This document shows positions 36,952 to 46,410 of a stretch of 64,000 nt of DNA, one piece after another. A program made the translations under genes and the position numbers. The notes under the pieces are model-generated. The model had not been told where the DNA came from, ran no database searches, and worked only from the letters and a program-made list of their open reading frames with translations. Source of the DNA: Actinomycetota bacterium (lineage in GTDB: Bacteria; Actinomycetota; Acidimicrobiia; Acidimicrobiales; UBA10347); assembly GCA_039028435.1 (NCBI GenBank), contig JBCCIC010000007.1, forward strand, positions 169,155-233,154. Direction: 5' to 3'. Numbering within the stretch: position 1 is the stretch's first letter; every line of letters begins with the position of its first letter.

Positions 36952-38103
36952 ATGAAGACTCGAGCCGCAGTGTTGTACGGGGTCGGCGAACGCTGGAGCG
37001 TCGAAGAAATCGAGCTCGATCCACCGGGCCCCGGTGAGGTCATGGTCAAGACGGCGTTCGCCGGGCTTTGCCACAGCGACGAGCACCTGGTGACCGGCGA
37101 CATGGTTCCGCCGCAGGAGCTGATCGACATGCTTCCGCGCAAGACCATGTTCCCGATCATCGGCGGCCACGAGGGAAGTGGAGTCGTCGTCGAGGTCGGC
37201 GCAGGTGTGACCAAGGTCGAGGTCGGCGATCACGTGAGCTGTTCGTTCGTGCCTGCGTGCGGCGTGTGTCCGCCGTGTGCGGAAGGGCGCCAGAACCTGT
37301 GCGACCTTGGCGCGCGTACGTTCGGCAGCGGCATGATCACCGACGGGACGTATCGCACGCACACGACCGACGGCACCGAACTCGGCAAGCTCGCCCAGCT
37401 CGGGACCTTCGCCGAGTACATGACCCTGGCCCAAGAGTCGGTGATCAAGGTCGAGAAGGACATTCCGCTCGAAGTCGTGTGTCTCGTCAGCTGCGGTGTG
37501 GCGACCGGGTACGGCTCGGCGGTGAATCGGGCCGACGTTCGCCCGGGAGACACCGTGGTCGTGGTTGGCTGTGGCGGCATCGGCATGAACGCCGTCCAGG
37601 GCGCTGCAGCCGCCGGGGCATCCAACGTGGTGGCCGTCGACCCCGTCGAGTTCAAGCGGGAGACCGCAATGACGTTCGGCGCAACGCACACGGCGACGTC
37701 GATGGCAGAGGCGGTGAGCCTGGTCAACGACATCACGTGGGGGCGGATGGCGCATTCGGTGATCCTCACGCCGGGTGTGCTGACCGGCGACATGGTTCAG
37801 CCGGCCATGGACCTCACCGCGAAGGGCGGCACGGTGGTGGCGACCGCGGTCGCTCCGATGGATCAGCAGGAGGTGGCCCTCGATCTGGCGAGGCTCACGC
37901 TGAGTCAGAAGGAGCTGCGCGGAACGATCTTCGGCTCGGCGAGTCCGAACGTGCGCATCCCCGAACTGTTGATGATGTACCGCCACGGCAAGCTCAAGCT
38001 CGATGAGCTGATCACGCGGCGATACACGCTCGACGAGATCAATCAGGGCTACGACGACATGAACGCCGGCATCAACATCCGCGGCATCATCGAATTCAAC
38101 TGA
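36952..38103 (+). CDS. Zn-dependent alcohol dehydrogenase (MDR superfamily)
   Basis: GLCHSDEH and structural-Zn cysteines (CGVCPPCAEGRQNLC) are present, with a GCGGIGMNAVQGA Rossmann motif. The ATG at 36952 is preceded by GAAGGGGGAG. Confidence 0.85.
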   Translation: MKTRAAVLYGVGERWSVEEIELDPPGPGEVMVKTAFAGLCHSDEHLVTGDMVPPQELIDMLPRKTMFPIIGGHEGSGVVVEVGAGVTKVEVGDHVSCSFVPACGVCPPCAEGRQNLCDLGARTFGSGMITDGTYRTHTTDGTELGKLAQLGTFAEYMTLAQESVIKVEKDIPLEVVCLVSCGVATGYGSAVNRADVRPGDTVVVVGCGGIGMNAVQGAAAAGASNVVAVDPVEFKRETAMTFGATHTATSMAEAVSLVNDITWGRMAHSVILTPGVLTGDMVQPAMDLTAKGGTVVATAVAPMDQQEVALDLARLTLSQKELRGTIFGSASPNVRIPELLMMYRHGKLKLDELITRRYTLDEINQGYDDMNAGINIRGIIEFN

Positions 38104-38172
38104 CCCTGAGGGCAGGCAGCAGAAGGGCCGGGCAGGTGCGCGCGCCACCTACCCGGTATCCCATGCCCGCAA

Positions 38173-38331
38173 TCAGCCGGTGAGGAGTTGGGCTAGCTGT
38201 CGTTCGCGGCGGCTGGCAGGTTGGTGGTCGCGAGTGATCGCGTCGACCGAGTACCAGCGGCCACCGATGTTCCAGTAGCCGGCCGGAGGCTCGCCGTCCT
38301 GGGTGATTCCCTGGTCATCGATCCACGCCAT
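38173..38331 (-). CDS. Small hypothetical protein (52 aa)
   Basis: The ATG at 38331 is preceded by GAAGGAGA at about 6 nt. The translation is MAWIDDQGITQDGEPPAGYWNIGGRWYSVDAITRDHQ..., and the rest of the track ORF upstream looks spurious. Confidence 0.45.
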   Translation of the reverse strand: MAWIDDQGITQDGEPPAGYWNIGGRWYSVDAITRDHQPASRRERQLAQLLTG

Positions 38332-38483
38332 TGTGGGTCTCCTTCGAGGGGCGGGAGAGTGGGTCAAGGCTCCATCGGCGCGAGTGGCGTTGGCGGAAGG
38401 GGTGGCCGAGGATTCAGGTCCAGACAGCGGGCCAAACGGCCCGACAGCGTGAGAACGTCGTCCGGACGACAGAGGGCTTTGCG

Positions 38484-39572
38484 TCAGCTGACCTCGGCCA
38501 CGAGTAGTCCGACCGCCGCATCGATCACGCCTTGTCCTCGAACTTCGCTGTTGGTTAGCACGACGAGGCCGAGATCGTCGTCCGGGAGGACGGCGATGAT
38601 GCTGAGAAACCCATCGAAGCTGCCCTCGTGGACGAGAACCTCGATGCCGTCGACGTGCATCATCTCCCAACCCATGGCGTAGTTCTCGAGCGCCGGTGTC
38701 CACATCTCGGCGATGACGGCTTCGCTGACGAGTCGCTCGCCGTTGGTGGTGGTTCCACCGGCGAGCATCATCTGGAGGAAGTGCGCCATGTCGCCGGCGG
38801 TGGATTTGAGTGAGCCCGAAGGCGCCAGGATGTCGGTGTCGGAGTCGATCGACGCCACCGAGCCGCTCGGGCTGAACGACGTTGACAGGCGACCTGTCGA
38901 TGCGGCCTCGGATGCCAACACGGTCGAATCGCTCATGCCGAGGGGATCGAGCACCCGATCCTGCAGGAGGTCGATGTAGGCCTGGTGCGCGTTACTCGTG
39001 GTGGCCCCTGCCATGGCCGCGCCGTACCCAGCGGCTGCCGCGGAAACGTTGCTGTACTCGAACGTCTCGCCGGGGTCGGCGAGCGGGTCCATGGTCGCGA
39101 CGGCGTCGAAAACCGTGTCGGCCAGGTCGGGTTGCGCGAGGTCCTCGGGGAGGTCGTCTTCGATATCGGCAGGAATGCCGCTCGACATCGTGAGCAAGTG
39201 CCGGAAGGTGATCGCAGGATCGATGTCCGGGTCATCGAGAACCGTCGCGAGCGCCGTGTCCCAGTCGACGATGTCGTCGTCGACGAGGGTGGCGACCACC
39301 AGCGCATTGATCGCCTTGTGCGTCGACCCGACGTGGAACAGCGTGTCCAGCTCGGTTGCCCTCCCGGACGGGTCATAGATGCCGTAGGCGCCTTGCTCGA
39401 TGATCCCGCTGCTGTCCACGACCGCAAAGGTGAATCCGAAGCCTGGTGATTCTCCCGCGACCTTGAGCAGCCCAGGTTGAATCTCAGTGGCGTTCTCTGG
39501 CGGTGTTTCCGTGTTGGTGCAGCCGCTGAGGGCCGCGGCCAGGAGGGCGGTGACGAGCAGCCGGCGCATCAT
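38484..39572 (-). CDS. Beta-lactamase-family serine hydrolase lipoprotein
   Basis: The signal/lipobox is MMRRLLVTALLAAALSGC and the SxxK motif is HVGSTHKA. The start was moved to ATG 39572. Confidence 0.8.
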   Translation of the reverse strand: MMRRLLVTALLAAALSGCTNTETPPENATEIQPGLLKVAGESPGFGFTFAVVDSSGIIEQGAYGIYDPSGRATELDTLFHVGSTHKAINALVVATLVDDDIVDWDTALATVLDDPDIDPAITFRHLLTMSSGIPADIEDDLPEDLAQPDLADTVFDAVATMDPLADPGETFEYSNVSAAAAGYGAAMAGATTSNAHQAYIDLLQDRVLDPLGMSDSTVLASEAASTGRLSTSFSPSGSVASIDSDTDILAPSGSLKSTAGDMAHFLQMMLAGGTTTNGERLVSEAVIAEMWTPALENYAMGWEMMHVDGIEVLVHEGSFDGFLSIIAVLPDDDLGLVVLTNSEVRGQGVIDAAVGLLVAEVS

Positions 39573-39871
39573 CGGTCGCGGCCCTGTTGGAGGGCCGCGG
39601 TCCAGTGTTCGAATGCGGCTCTCGCGCCGCGGTGGCTGCGCAGCCACGCGATGCTCTCGAACGCGGCGTCGGCCGCGACCCCAGGCGTGTCGTAGCGAGT
39701 GGTGCCATGGCCGCCCACGGCCGTCCATCGGCCGCCGTCCTCAGGGTCTGCCCGCAGGTGCTCGAAGCCGAAGCCACCGATGGGGTCTTCGAAGAAGTCG
39801 ACACAGAGGAGGTGGTCGTCGGACGGGATGCTCTCGAGCACGATCCAGCCGCGATGGTTGACCCTGCCCAC
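39569..39871 (-). CDS. Small hypothetical protein
   Basis: Its stop overlaps the downstream start (ATGA). The C-terminal ~100 aa look protein-like (WIVLESIPSDDHLLCVDFFEDPIGGFGFEHL...). The start is uncertain, with GTG 39871 chosen. Confidence 0.4.
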   Translation of the reverse strand: MGRVNHRGWIVLESIPSDDHLLCVDFFEDPIGGFGFEHLRADPEDGGRWTAVGGHGTTRYDTPGVAADAAFESIAWLRSHRGARAAFEHWTAALQQGRDR

Positions 39872-40094
39872 ACGAGGAGCGTAGGGCTTGGCCGGGCATG
39901 GATGATTCGTTCGGCCTGTGATGCCTCGGTCGACCCAACGGTGCAGATCGGCACCGTTATGCGGTTTCGGTGCGAGTCGCCATGGTCTGTACCCCGATCC
40001 TGACCAGACCTTGCCGAATCGGCACGGAACTTTCGGGACCAGCTGCCGATGGGAGGCGCGCTCCCTGACCCGAGGATCCCGAGGATCACCTGCC

Positions 40095-41729
40095 ATGGCC
40101 GACCTGCACGTTTCCGCTCCGGGCGCCGATCACGGCGCACCACTGCCTTCGGTTCCGGGCCTCGACGTACTTGGACCGATCGCTCGTGGCGGGCATGGAA
40201 CCGTGTATCGGGCACGGGAACTCCGCCACGACCGCATGGTGGCCCTCAAGGTGCTCGACGCCCGTTTTCTGGATGAGGCGACCCGCCGCCGCTTCGATCG
40301 CGAGCGCCTTGCCCTCGGCCGACTGTCGGATCATCCGGCGATTGTGTCGCTGCTCGACAGCGGCGACACGGCTGAGGGGCTGCCGTACCTCGTGCTCGAA
40401 TTCGCCCCCGGCGGTTCCCTCGCCGACCACGTCGGCGCAGGGCACCGGCTCAGCGTTGGCGAGGCGACCTCGGTCGGCATCGCCCTGGCGGGTGCACTCG
40501 AGAGCGCCCATCAGGCGGGGGTGGTGCACCGAGACGTCAAGCCGGACAACGTCATTCGGTCGACCTATGGCTCCTGGATGCTGACCGACTTCGGCGTTGC
40601 GGCCCTGGTCGACCACCAGGCCACCGGCGTGGTGCACGCCACCTACGCGCATGCCCCGCCCGAAGTCTTCGACGGCATGGTTGGACCGATCGGCGACGTG
40701 TATTCGCTCGCCAGTCTGCTTGCTACGGCGCTCACCGGCGTCGAGCCGTTTGCCGTCCGCCCGGACGAAGGCGCGATCGCCGTTATGCATCGCATCGCGA
40801 CCGAGCCGTACCCGGATCTTCGCCACCAGGGCGTGCCTGACGCGCTCGCTGAGTTGCTCAATCGGACGCTGAGCAACGACCCGGACCAGCGCCCGCAGAG
40901 TGCCCATGCCTTCGCAGCCGAGCTGAACCGTGTGCGGGCCGAGCTGGGATTCGAGCCCGAACCGATCCGAACCGCCGATGGTGGCCCAGCGGCGTCGACG
41001 ATGATCCACGCGCCGAAAACGAGCACGGGCACCCTGGGGTCGAAGACGCAGTCCGGCACCGAGAAGCCGGGGCACAAGGCCGGAGGCGCAAGAGCTTCCT
41101 CGAGTCGAAAGCTCGCCCTCACCGCGGTCGCAGTCGTCCTGAGCGTCGGGGCAACGGTCGGAGTTGTGCAGGCCACGCTCGGCGGTGATGGGACCTCGAT
41201 CGACGTCGACGATGATCCGCCGCCGATCCTGGCGCTCCGCGACGAGGTTCCGCCCGACGCCGTACCGGCCTCACAACAGGAACCAACCGTCGCTCCTGTG
41301 GGCGGCGGGAGCCTGCAACCGGATGCCGGAGACGACACAGGTGATGACATCGGCGCTGCAGCGACGATTCCCGCGATCAGCTCGGCGCCCGCGGAACCTG
41401 ATCCGCCCGCTGAGGTGACGCCCCCGACACCTCCCACGCCGCAACCGCAGGTCCAGCAGCCCGCTGCGCCTCAGCCGCCAGCCGACCAGCCCGCCCCCAA
41501 CGGCCAGCCGGCGCCTCCGCCGCCGGGCACTGGGAACGCCGGTGCGGGAGCGGCCGGTGGCGGGACAGGGACTCCGCCGCCCCCTGGAGCCGGCAACGCC
41601 GGAAACGGACCTGGCGCGCCGCCGCCTCCTGGAGCGGGCAACGGTGGTGGAGCCGGCAATGCCGGTGGTGGAACCGGTGCTCCGCCGCCTCCGCCTGGAG
41701 CCGGCACCGGCGGCGCAGGAAGGCCGTAG
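40095..41729 (+). CDS. Ser/Thr protein kinase (paralog 1) with one TM helix and a Pro/Gly/Asn-rich ectodomain
   Basis: Kinase motifs are ARGGHGTVYRA, VALKVL, HRDVKPDN, DFG and APPE. The TM helix is LALTAVAVVLSVGATVGVV. The tail contains PPPPGAGNAG-like repeats. Confidence 0.85.
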   Translation: MADLHVSAPGADHGAPLPSVPGLDVLGPIARGGHGTVYRARELRHDRMVALKVLDARFLDEATRRRFDRERLALGRLSDHPAIVSLLDSGDTAEGLPYLVLEFAPGGSLADHVGAGHRLSVGEATSVGIALAGALESAHQAGVVHRDVKPDNVIRSTYGSWMLTDFGVAALVDHQATGVVHATYAHAPPEVFDGMVGPIGDVYSLASLLATALTGVEPFAVRPDEGAIAVMHRIATEPYPDLRHQGVPDALAELLNRTLSNDPDQRPQSAHAFAAELNRVRAELGFEPEPIRTADGGPAASTMIHAPKTSTGTLGSKTQSGTEKPGHKAGGARASSSRKLALTAVAVVLSVGATVGVVQATLGGDGTSIDVDDDPPPILALRDEVPPDAVPASQQEPTVAPVGGGSLQPDAGDDTGDDIGAAATIPAISSAPAEPDPPAEVTPPTPPTPQPQVQQPAAPQPPADQPAPNGQPAPPPPGTGNAGAGAAGGGTGTPPPPGAGNAGNGPGAPPPPGAGNGGGAGNAGGGTGAPPPPPGAGTGGAGRP

Positions 41730-41867
41730 CAGCCTCACGTCGACTCCTGGTCGCGCAATCGGCAAGATTTCGCTCGGGATCCTTTCGAGACCTTGTCGAT
41801 TCTCTGTGCAACCGCGTGCATCTCCTCACCGATGGTCTTGGCAACCACCGATCCAAGGATGCATGTC

Positions 41868-43634
41868 ATGTCCGACGTCCCCTCGAACCATCCCGAAGCG
41901 ATCAGCCACAGCGGTTCGCCGTCGATCCCCGGCCTCGAAGTGCTCGAACCCATTGCCCGCGGGGGACATGGGACGGTGTTTCGGGCGCGTGAGCTCCGCC
42001 ACGACCGTGTCGTTGCCCTGAAGGTGCTCGACGCCCGATTTCTCGACGCCGGAACCCGTCGCCGCTTCGATCGCGAGCGCACCGCCCTCGGCCGGCTGTC
42101 GGACCATCCCGCGATCGTGTCGTTACTCGACAGCGGCTCGACCAGCGACGACGTGCCGTATCTCGTTCTCGAGTACGCGCCCGGTGGGTCGCTCGATGGC
42201 TGGCTCGAAACGTGCGGTCCGATGTCGGTTGACGAGGTCACCTCCCTCGGGATCACGTTGGCGGCTGCACTCGAGAGCGCCCATCAGGCGGGGGTGGTGC
42301 ATCGCGACGTCAAGCCGGCGAACGTGATCCGCTCGGCGTACGGCGCATGGATGCTGACGGACTTCGGTGTGGCCGCGCTCGCCGATCGCAAGGCGACCGG
42401 CGTGGTCCATGCCACGTACGCACATGCGCCGGCCGAGGCCTTCGACGGCATGGTCGGACCGATCGGTGACGTCTACTCGCTCGCGAGCACGCTGGCGACG
42501 GCATTGACCGGTTGCGAGCCGTTTGCCGTCGACGTTGAGGAGACCGCGGTGACCACGATGCATCGCATCGCGGTCGAGCCGTATCCGGATCTCCGCGAAC
42601 ACGGCGTGCCCGCTGCCTTGGCGGAGCTTCTGCACCAGGCGCTGAGCAAGGATCCCGACGAGCGTCCGCAATCGGCACACGCGTTGGCCGTCGAGCTGAA
42701 CGAGGTCCGAGCCACACTCGGTCTGGACCAACAGATGATCTGCCTCGACGACGAGGTCCGAGCGGCCTCCACGATCGTCCATCGGGTGGTCGAGCGGCCG
42801 GTGTCTCCTGCGCCGGCCACTCCCGCCCGTCGGTCGCGCACGTCGGCACGTAGCCGACTGCGTGTCGGTGCCGCTGCCGTCGCAGCGTCCGTCGCGGCGA
42901 TGGCGGGTGTTGGCTACGGCTTTGTGAGCATCGACGCACCGGCCGTCGATGTGGCCCTGGTGTCGCCGGTCGTCTCGGTGCTCACGGAAGACGGCCCGAC
43001 CATCGAGGAGATCCTCGCCGCCCCGCCCGCGGAGATGTCCGAGGACGAGGCGAACGACGATGTCGAGGTCGCCGAGGGATTCGAGGACGATCCGCCGGTG
43101 GAGAACCCCACCGAACCACGACCCTCGGGCAACGACGACATCGGCGGCGTCGGTGGAGTGGTCGACCTCGTCGACGTGAGCGAGGATGCGCCCGACGAGG
43201 AAGCGATTGCGGAGCAGCCGGTTGCGAACGACCCGGCTCCTGCGCCCGCACCGGTCCTTCCGCCCGAACCGCCGACCGCGATCACCGTCGCCCAACCGCA
43301 GAATCCCGCCCCGCAGCCACAGCCCGACGCTCCCTCCGCCTTCGACGAAGAGCCCGTCAACGGTGTCGTCCTCACCGCTCCGAACGTTGGCAATGACAAC
43401 GACGGTGGCGGCAACGATGGCACCAACGGTGGTGGCGGGAACAACAACAACGGCGACGGTGGTGGCGACAACAACGGTGGCGGTGGCAACAACGGTGGCG
43501 GCGGCAACAACGGCGGCGGTGGCAACAACGGTGGCGGTGGCAACAACGGTGGCGGTGGCAACAACGGTGGCGGTGGCAACAACGGTGGCGGTGGCAACAA
43601 CGGCGGCGGCAACAACAACGGCGGCGGTCGCTGA
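41868..43634 (+). CDS. Ser/Thr protein kinase (paralog 2) with one TM helix and an acidic plus (GGGGNN)n ectodomain
   Basis: The kinase core is near-identical to paralog 1, including a ~35-nt identical DNA stretch around LESAHQAGVVH. The ATG at 41868 has AAGGA 8 nt upstream. Confidence 0.85.
   Translation: MSDVPSNHPEAISHSGSPSIPGLEVLEPIARGGHGTVFRARELRHDRVVALKVLDARFLDAGTRRRFDRERTALGRLSDHPAIVSLLDSGSTSDDVPYLVLEYAPGGSLDGWLETCGPMSVDEVTSLGITLAAALESAHQAGVVHRDVKPANVIRSAYGAWMLTDFGVAALADRKATGVVHATYAHAPAEAFDGMVGPIGDVYSLASTLATALTGCEPFAVDVEETAVTTMHRIAVEPYPDLREHGVPAALAELLHQALSKDPDERPQSAHALAVELNEVRATLGLDQQMICLDDEVRAASTIVHRVVERPVSPAPATPARRSRTSARSRLRVGAAAVAASVAAMAGVGYGFVSIDAPAVDVALVSPVVSVLTEDGPTIEEILAAPPAEMSEDEANDDVEVAEGFEDDPPVENPTEPRPSGNDDIGGVGGVVDLVDVSEDAPDEEAIAEQPVANDPAPAPAPVLPPEPPTAITVAQPQNPAPQPQPDAPSAFDEEPVNGVVLTAPNVGNDNDGGGNDGTNGGGGNNNNGDGGGDNNGGGGNNGGGGNNGGGGNNGGGGNNGGGGNNGGGGNNGGGGNNGGGNNNGGGR
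43470..43613. repeat. About 8 tandem copies of an 18-nt unit aacaacggtggcggtggc (coding, NNGGGG)
   Basis: Direct reading shows consecutive 18-nt units with only synonymous ggt/ggc variation at the 3' end of kinase paralog 2. Confidence 0.9.
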
Positions 43635-43706
43635 GGATCTCCTTCTCGAGTGCACAGCCCTGGTGGGTCGGCGGATCAGTCCGATGCGGGCGGCTACGAT
43701 CGGTGT

Positions 43707-45869
43707 GTGCGCGGCTGGACACGTTGGGCGAGTCGGACTGTCATGCTCTTCGTTCCGCTGTTGCTGCTCTCGGGTGCGCTCTCCTCTGCGAACGGTCAGC
43801 CGCCGGTCGGCGACGCCGAGCCGCCACCTCCACCGGATTCCGGTCCGCCGATCAGCCCGCCGGAGAACCTCGGCCCGTCGGTCGCGAGCGTGCTCGCGCC
43901 GTGTCAACTACCTCCACCAGCAGACCCGCTGCAGGTCAACGCCGGCTTTCCGATCCATTCCGGTTATGCGCCCAAGATCGGTACATACAACGCGGTCGTA
44001 CTGTTCATCGACTTCATCGATGCGCCGGCGGTGTCTTCCACCGCCGACGTGTTCGCCGCGAACTGGGGCGCCACCGAGGGGTACCTGGAAACGCTGAGCG
44101 GTGGTCTACTCGACTTTCAGGCGACACCGCATCACAGCTGGGTGCGTCTCAACCTTCCCTACAGCCACTATGGGCAGGGGTCCGACGCGCTGCGCATCCA
44201 ACTCATGCGCGATGCGGTGGTAGCCGCCGACCCGACCGTCGACTTCAATGGGGCTGACTCCATCTGGTTGATGCTCAGCGATGGGCTGAACGTCGACACC
44301 GGCTGGGCGTGGTACACGCCCTTCGAGCCCTTCGTGGCAGACGGTTCGTCCGTGCACACGGCCATCGCCAAGAGCAACTACGGGATCGCCCCCGTACCCG
44401 GCCTCGCTGAAGCCGTGACGGCCCACGAGATCATGCATACGCTCGGGCTGCCGGATCTGTACGCCTATCCGCCGCCGGGGGTGAATCCGACTCCGCAGTT
44501 CAGCTTCCAGTACATCGGGGACATCGATCCCATGGGCTACCGGAACACAAGGGAGCTGCTCGCGTGGTCACGTTGGCAGCTCGGTTGGCTGACCAACGAG
44601 CGGATCGAGTGCATCACCACCTACCCGACCACCACCACGCTGGTGCCCGCGCAGGCGGCAGGCGGCACCCACGCCATGGTCGTGCAGCTCAGCGCGACGT
44701 CCGCACTCGTCGTCGAGGCCCGCGCCAGCGCTCGGTTCGATGACGACCTCTTCTTCGGGGGTGTCCTCGCCTATGTCGTGGACTCCTCGTTGCCCACCGG
44801 TCAGGGCCCGATCCGGTTGGCTGGGGACCCGGTCTTCCTCTGGCCGACGGAGCTCGACCTGCTCATGCCCGGCGAGGAACTCATCTACGAGGACTATCGC
44901 ATCACGGTCGGAGCCGGCTTCAGCGTCACGATTTCCGAGCTGGCCTACTGCAACGACCTGCTGGCCACGCACGACATGAAACTGCTGGGGGTCACTGCGA
45001 TCACCGGTACAACGGGCGACGACGTGATCGTCGGTACGGCAAGCGCTGACACGATCGTGGGCGCTGGCGGCAACGACACGATCTGCGGCGAGGAAGGGGC
45101 CGACGTGTTGTGGGGCGGCGAGGGTGATGACCTCATCATCGGCGGACCCGACGACGACATCCTGCTCGGAGGTGGCGGAGTCGATGATCTCTTCGGCAAC
45201 AACGGCAATGATCAGATTTGGGGATTCGACGGCGACGACGACCTTTTCGGTGGCAACGGTGACGACATCCTCCAGGGCATGGATGGCAACGACACGATGC
45301 TGGGTGGATCGGGCACGAACACGTTCATCGGCCACGACGGCGACGACACGATGTTCGGTGGGGCCGAGGTCGACGTGATCTGGGGCCTCGGCGGAGACGA
45401 CCGGATGTTCGGTGGAGCCGGCAACGACGTGCTGCTCGGCAACGAGGGCAACGACTACGGCGAGGGCGGCTATGGCATCGACTGGGTCCTCGGCCACGAC
45501 GGCAACGATTGGCTACTCGGTGGGCCCGATGGCGACCTGGTGTGGGGCGGCCCCGGCAACGACACCCTCGGCGGCCAGGGTGGCGATGACTTCGTCGTCG
45601 CCGGCGAGGAGGGTGACGACTCGGTCGACGGTGGCGATGGAAACGACCTTCTGCTCGGAGACAACGTCGGTCTGCCACCCGGCAACGACACGATGACCGG
45701 GGGCAACGGCGACGACGTGCTCTGGGGATTCGATGGCGACGACACGCTCAACGGCGGGCCCGGCAACGACACCCTGCTCGGCGGAGCCGGTGCCAACGAC
45801 GTGTGCAATGGAGACGCGGACATCGATGCGACCGACGGCTCCTGCGAGCTCGAGAGCGGCATCCCGTAG
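43707..45869 (+). CDS. Secreted M6 (InhA)-like zinc metalloprotease with C-terminal RTX-type Ca2+-binding repeats
   Basis: A signal-like N-terminus follows GTG 43707 (RGWTRWASRTVMLFVPLLLLSGALSSANG). HEIMHTLGLPDLY resembles M6 HExxHxLGLPDEY. The C-terminal ~290 aa carry GGxGxD repeats (GGEGDDLIIGG, GGNGDDILQG and others). Confidence 0.75.
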   Translation: MRGWTRWASRTVMLFVPLLLLSGALSSANGQPPVGDAEPPPPPDSGPPISPPENLGPSVASVLAPCQLPPPADPLQVNAGFPIHSGYAPKIGTYNAVVLFIDFIDAPAVSSTADVFAANWGATEGYLETLSGGLLDFQATPHHSWVRLNLPYSHYGQGSDALRIQLMRDAVVAADPTVDFNGADSIWLMLSDGLNVDTGWAWYTPFEPFVADGSSVHTAIAKSNYGIAPVPGLAEAVTAHEIMHTLGLPDLYAYPPPGVNPTPQFSFQYIGDIDPMGYRNTRELLAWSRWQLGWLTNERIECITTYPTTTTLVPAQAAGGTHAMVVQLSATSALVVEARASARFDDDLFFGGVLAYVVDSSLPTGQGPIRLAGDPVFLWPTELDLLMPGEELIYEDYRITVGAGFSVTISELAYCNDLLATHDMKLLGVTAITGTTGDDVIVGTASADTIVGAGGNDTICGEEGADVLWGGEGDDLIIGGPDDDILLGGGGVDDLFGNNGNDQIWGFDGDDDLFGGNGDDILQGMDGNDTMLGGSGTNTFIGHDGDDTMFGGAEVDVIWGLGGDDRMFGGAGNDVLLGNEGNDYGEGGYGIDWVLGHDGNDWLLGGPDGDLVWGGPGNDTLGGQGGDDFVVAGEEGDDSVDGGDGNDLLLGDNVGLPPGNDTMTGGNGDDVLWGFDGDDTLNGGPGNDTLLGGAGANDVCNGDADIDATDGSCELESGIP

Positions 45870-46410
45870 TCCCAGCCGGAGCGCGTCTCCGTCGAAGAGG
45901 TCTTGGCGCAATGTGTCAGGTGGGATCACAGTAAGAGGGGCCGTATGCGCAGTCACGGGCGCTGGCTAGGTGTCTATCTCGGAGACCGCATGCTCGGTGC
46001 ACCGTGGCGTCTCAAGGCTCGCCTTGAAAATCTCAGCATGCTCGTCTGGGCCTGAGGCACGCAGCGGCGACGTACTCGGTTGGATGCGCCGTTCGAGTAT
46101 CTCGTCGCCGATTCCGTCGGCCGCGAACTGGGACCACCCTGCCACCCTTGACTGACCAAGTCCCGTTAACGGTTGGGACCCGTCTGGACGCGTAGAGTTT
46201 CGGAGGCCCTAGCGGCGCTGTCGACGAGGTCGGATCACCCGAACAGGGTGTTTCGCTTGGGAAGTTCTGGGCCCGGCTGAGCTCATATCGACAATGCCCT
46301 ACGCGTCCGAGGCCAATCCCGCGCTCGGGCATCTTGCCGACCGAATCTGAGGTCTTCGCGAAGGTCTCGTTCCTGGCTCCCATCGGGACCCAGGACGGCG
46401 ATACCCCTCA

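Noticed and set aside
43470-43613. Regularly spaced short repeats could be mistaken for a CRISPR array. The same applies to 26576-26650 and 29117-29179.
   Set aside because: The repeats are contiguous with no spacers, have 15-18 nt units, are in frame within CDSs and encode low-complexity peptides. No cas genes are present.
45989-46046. The short direct repeat GCATGCTCG occurs twice, about 47 nt apart, in the non-coding gap after the metalloprotease gene.
   Set aside because: It is only 9 nt with no further structure or flanking symmetry, so it is likely chance. It is folded into the broader low-G+C island observation instead.
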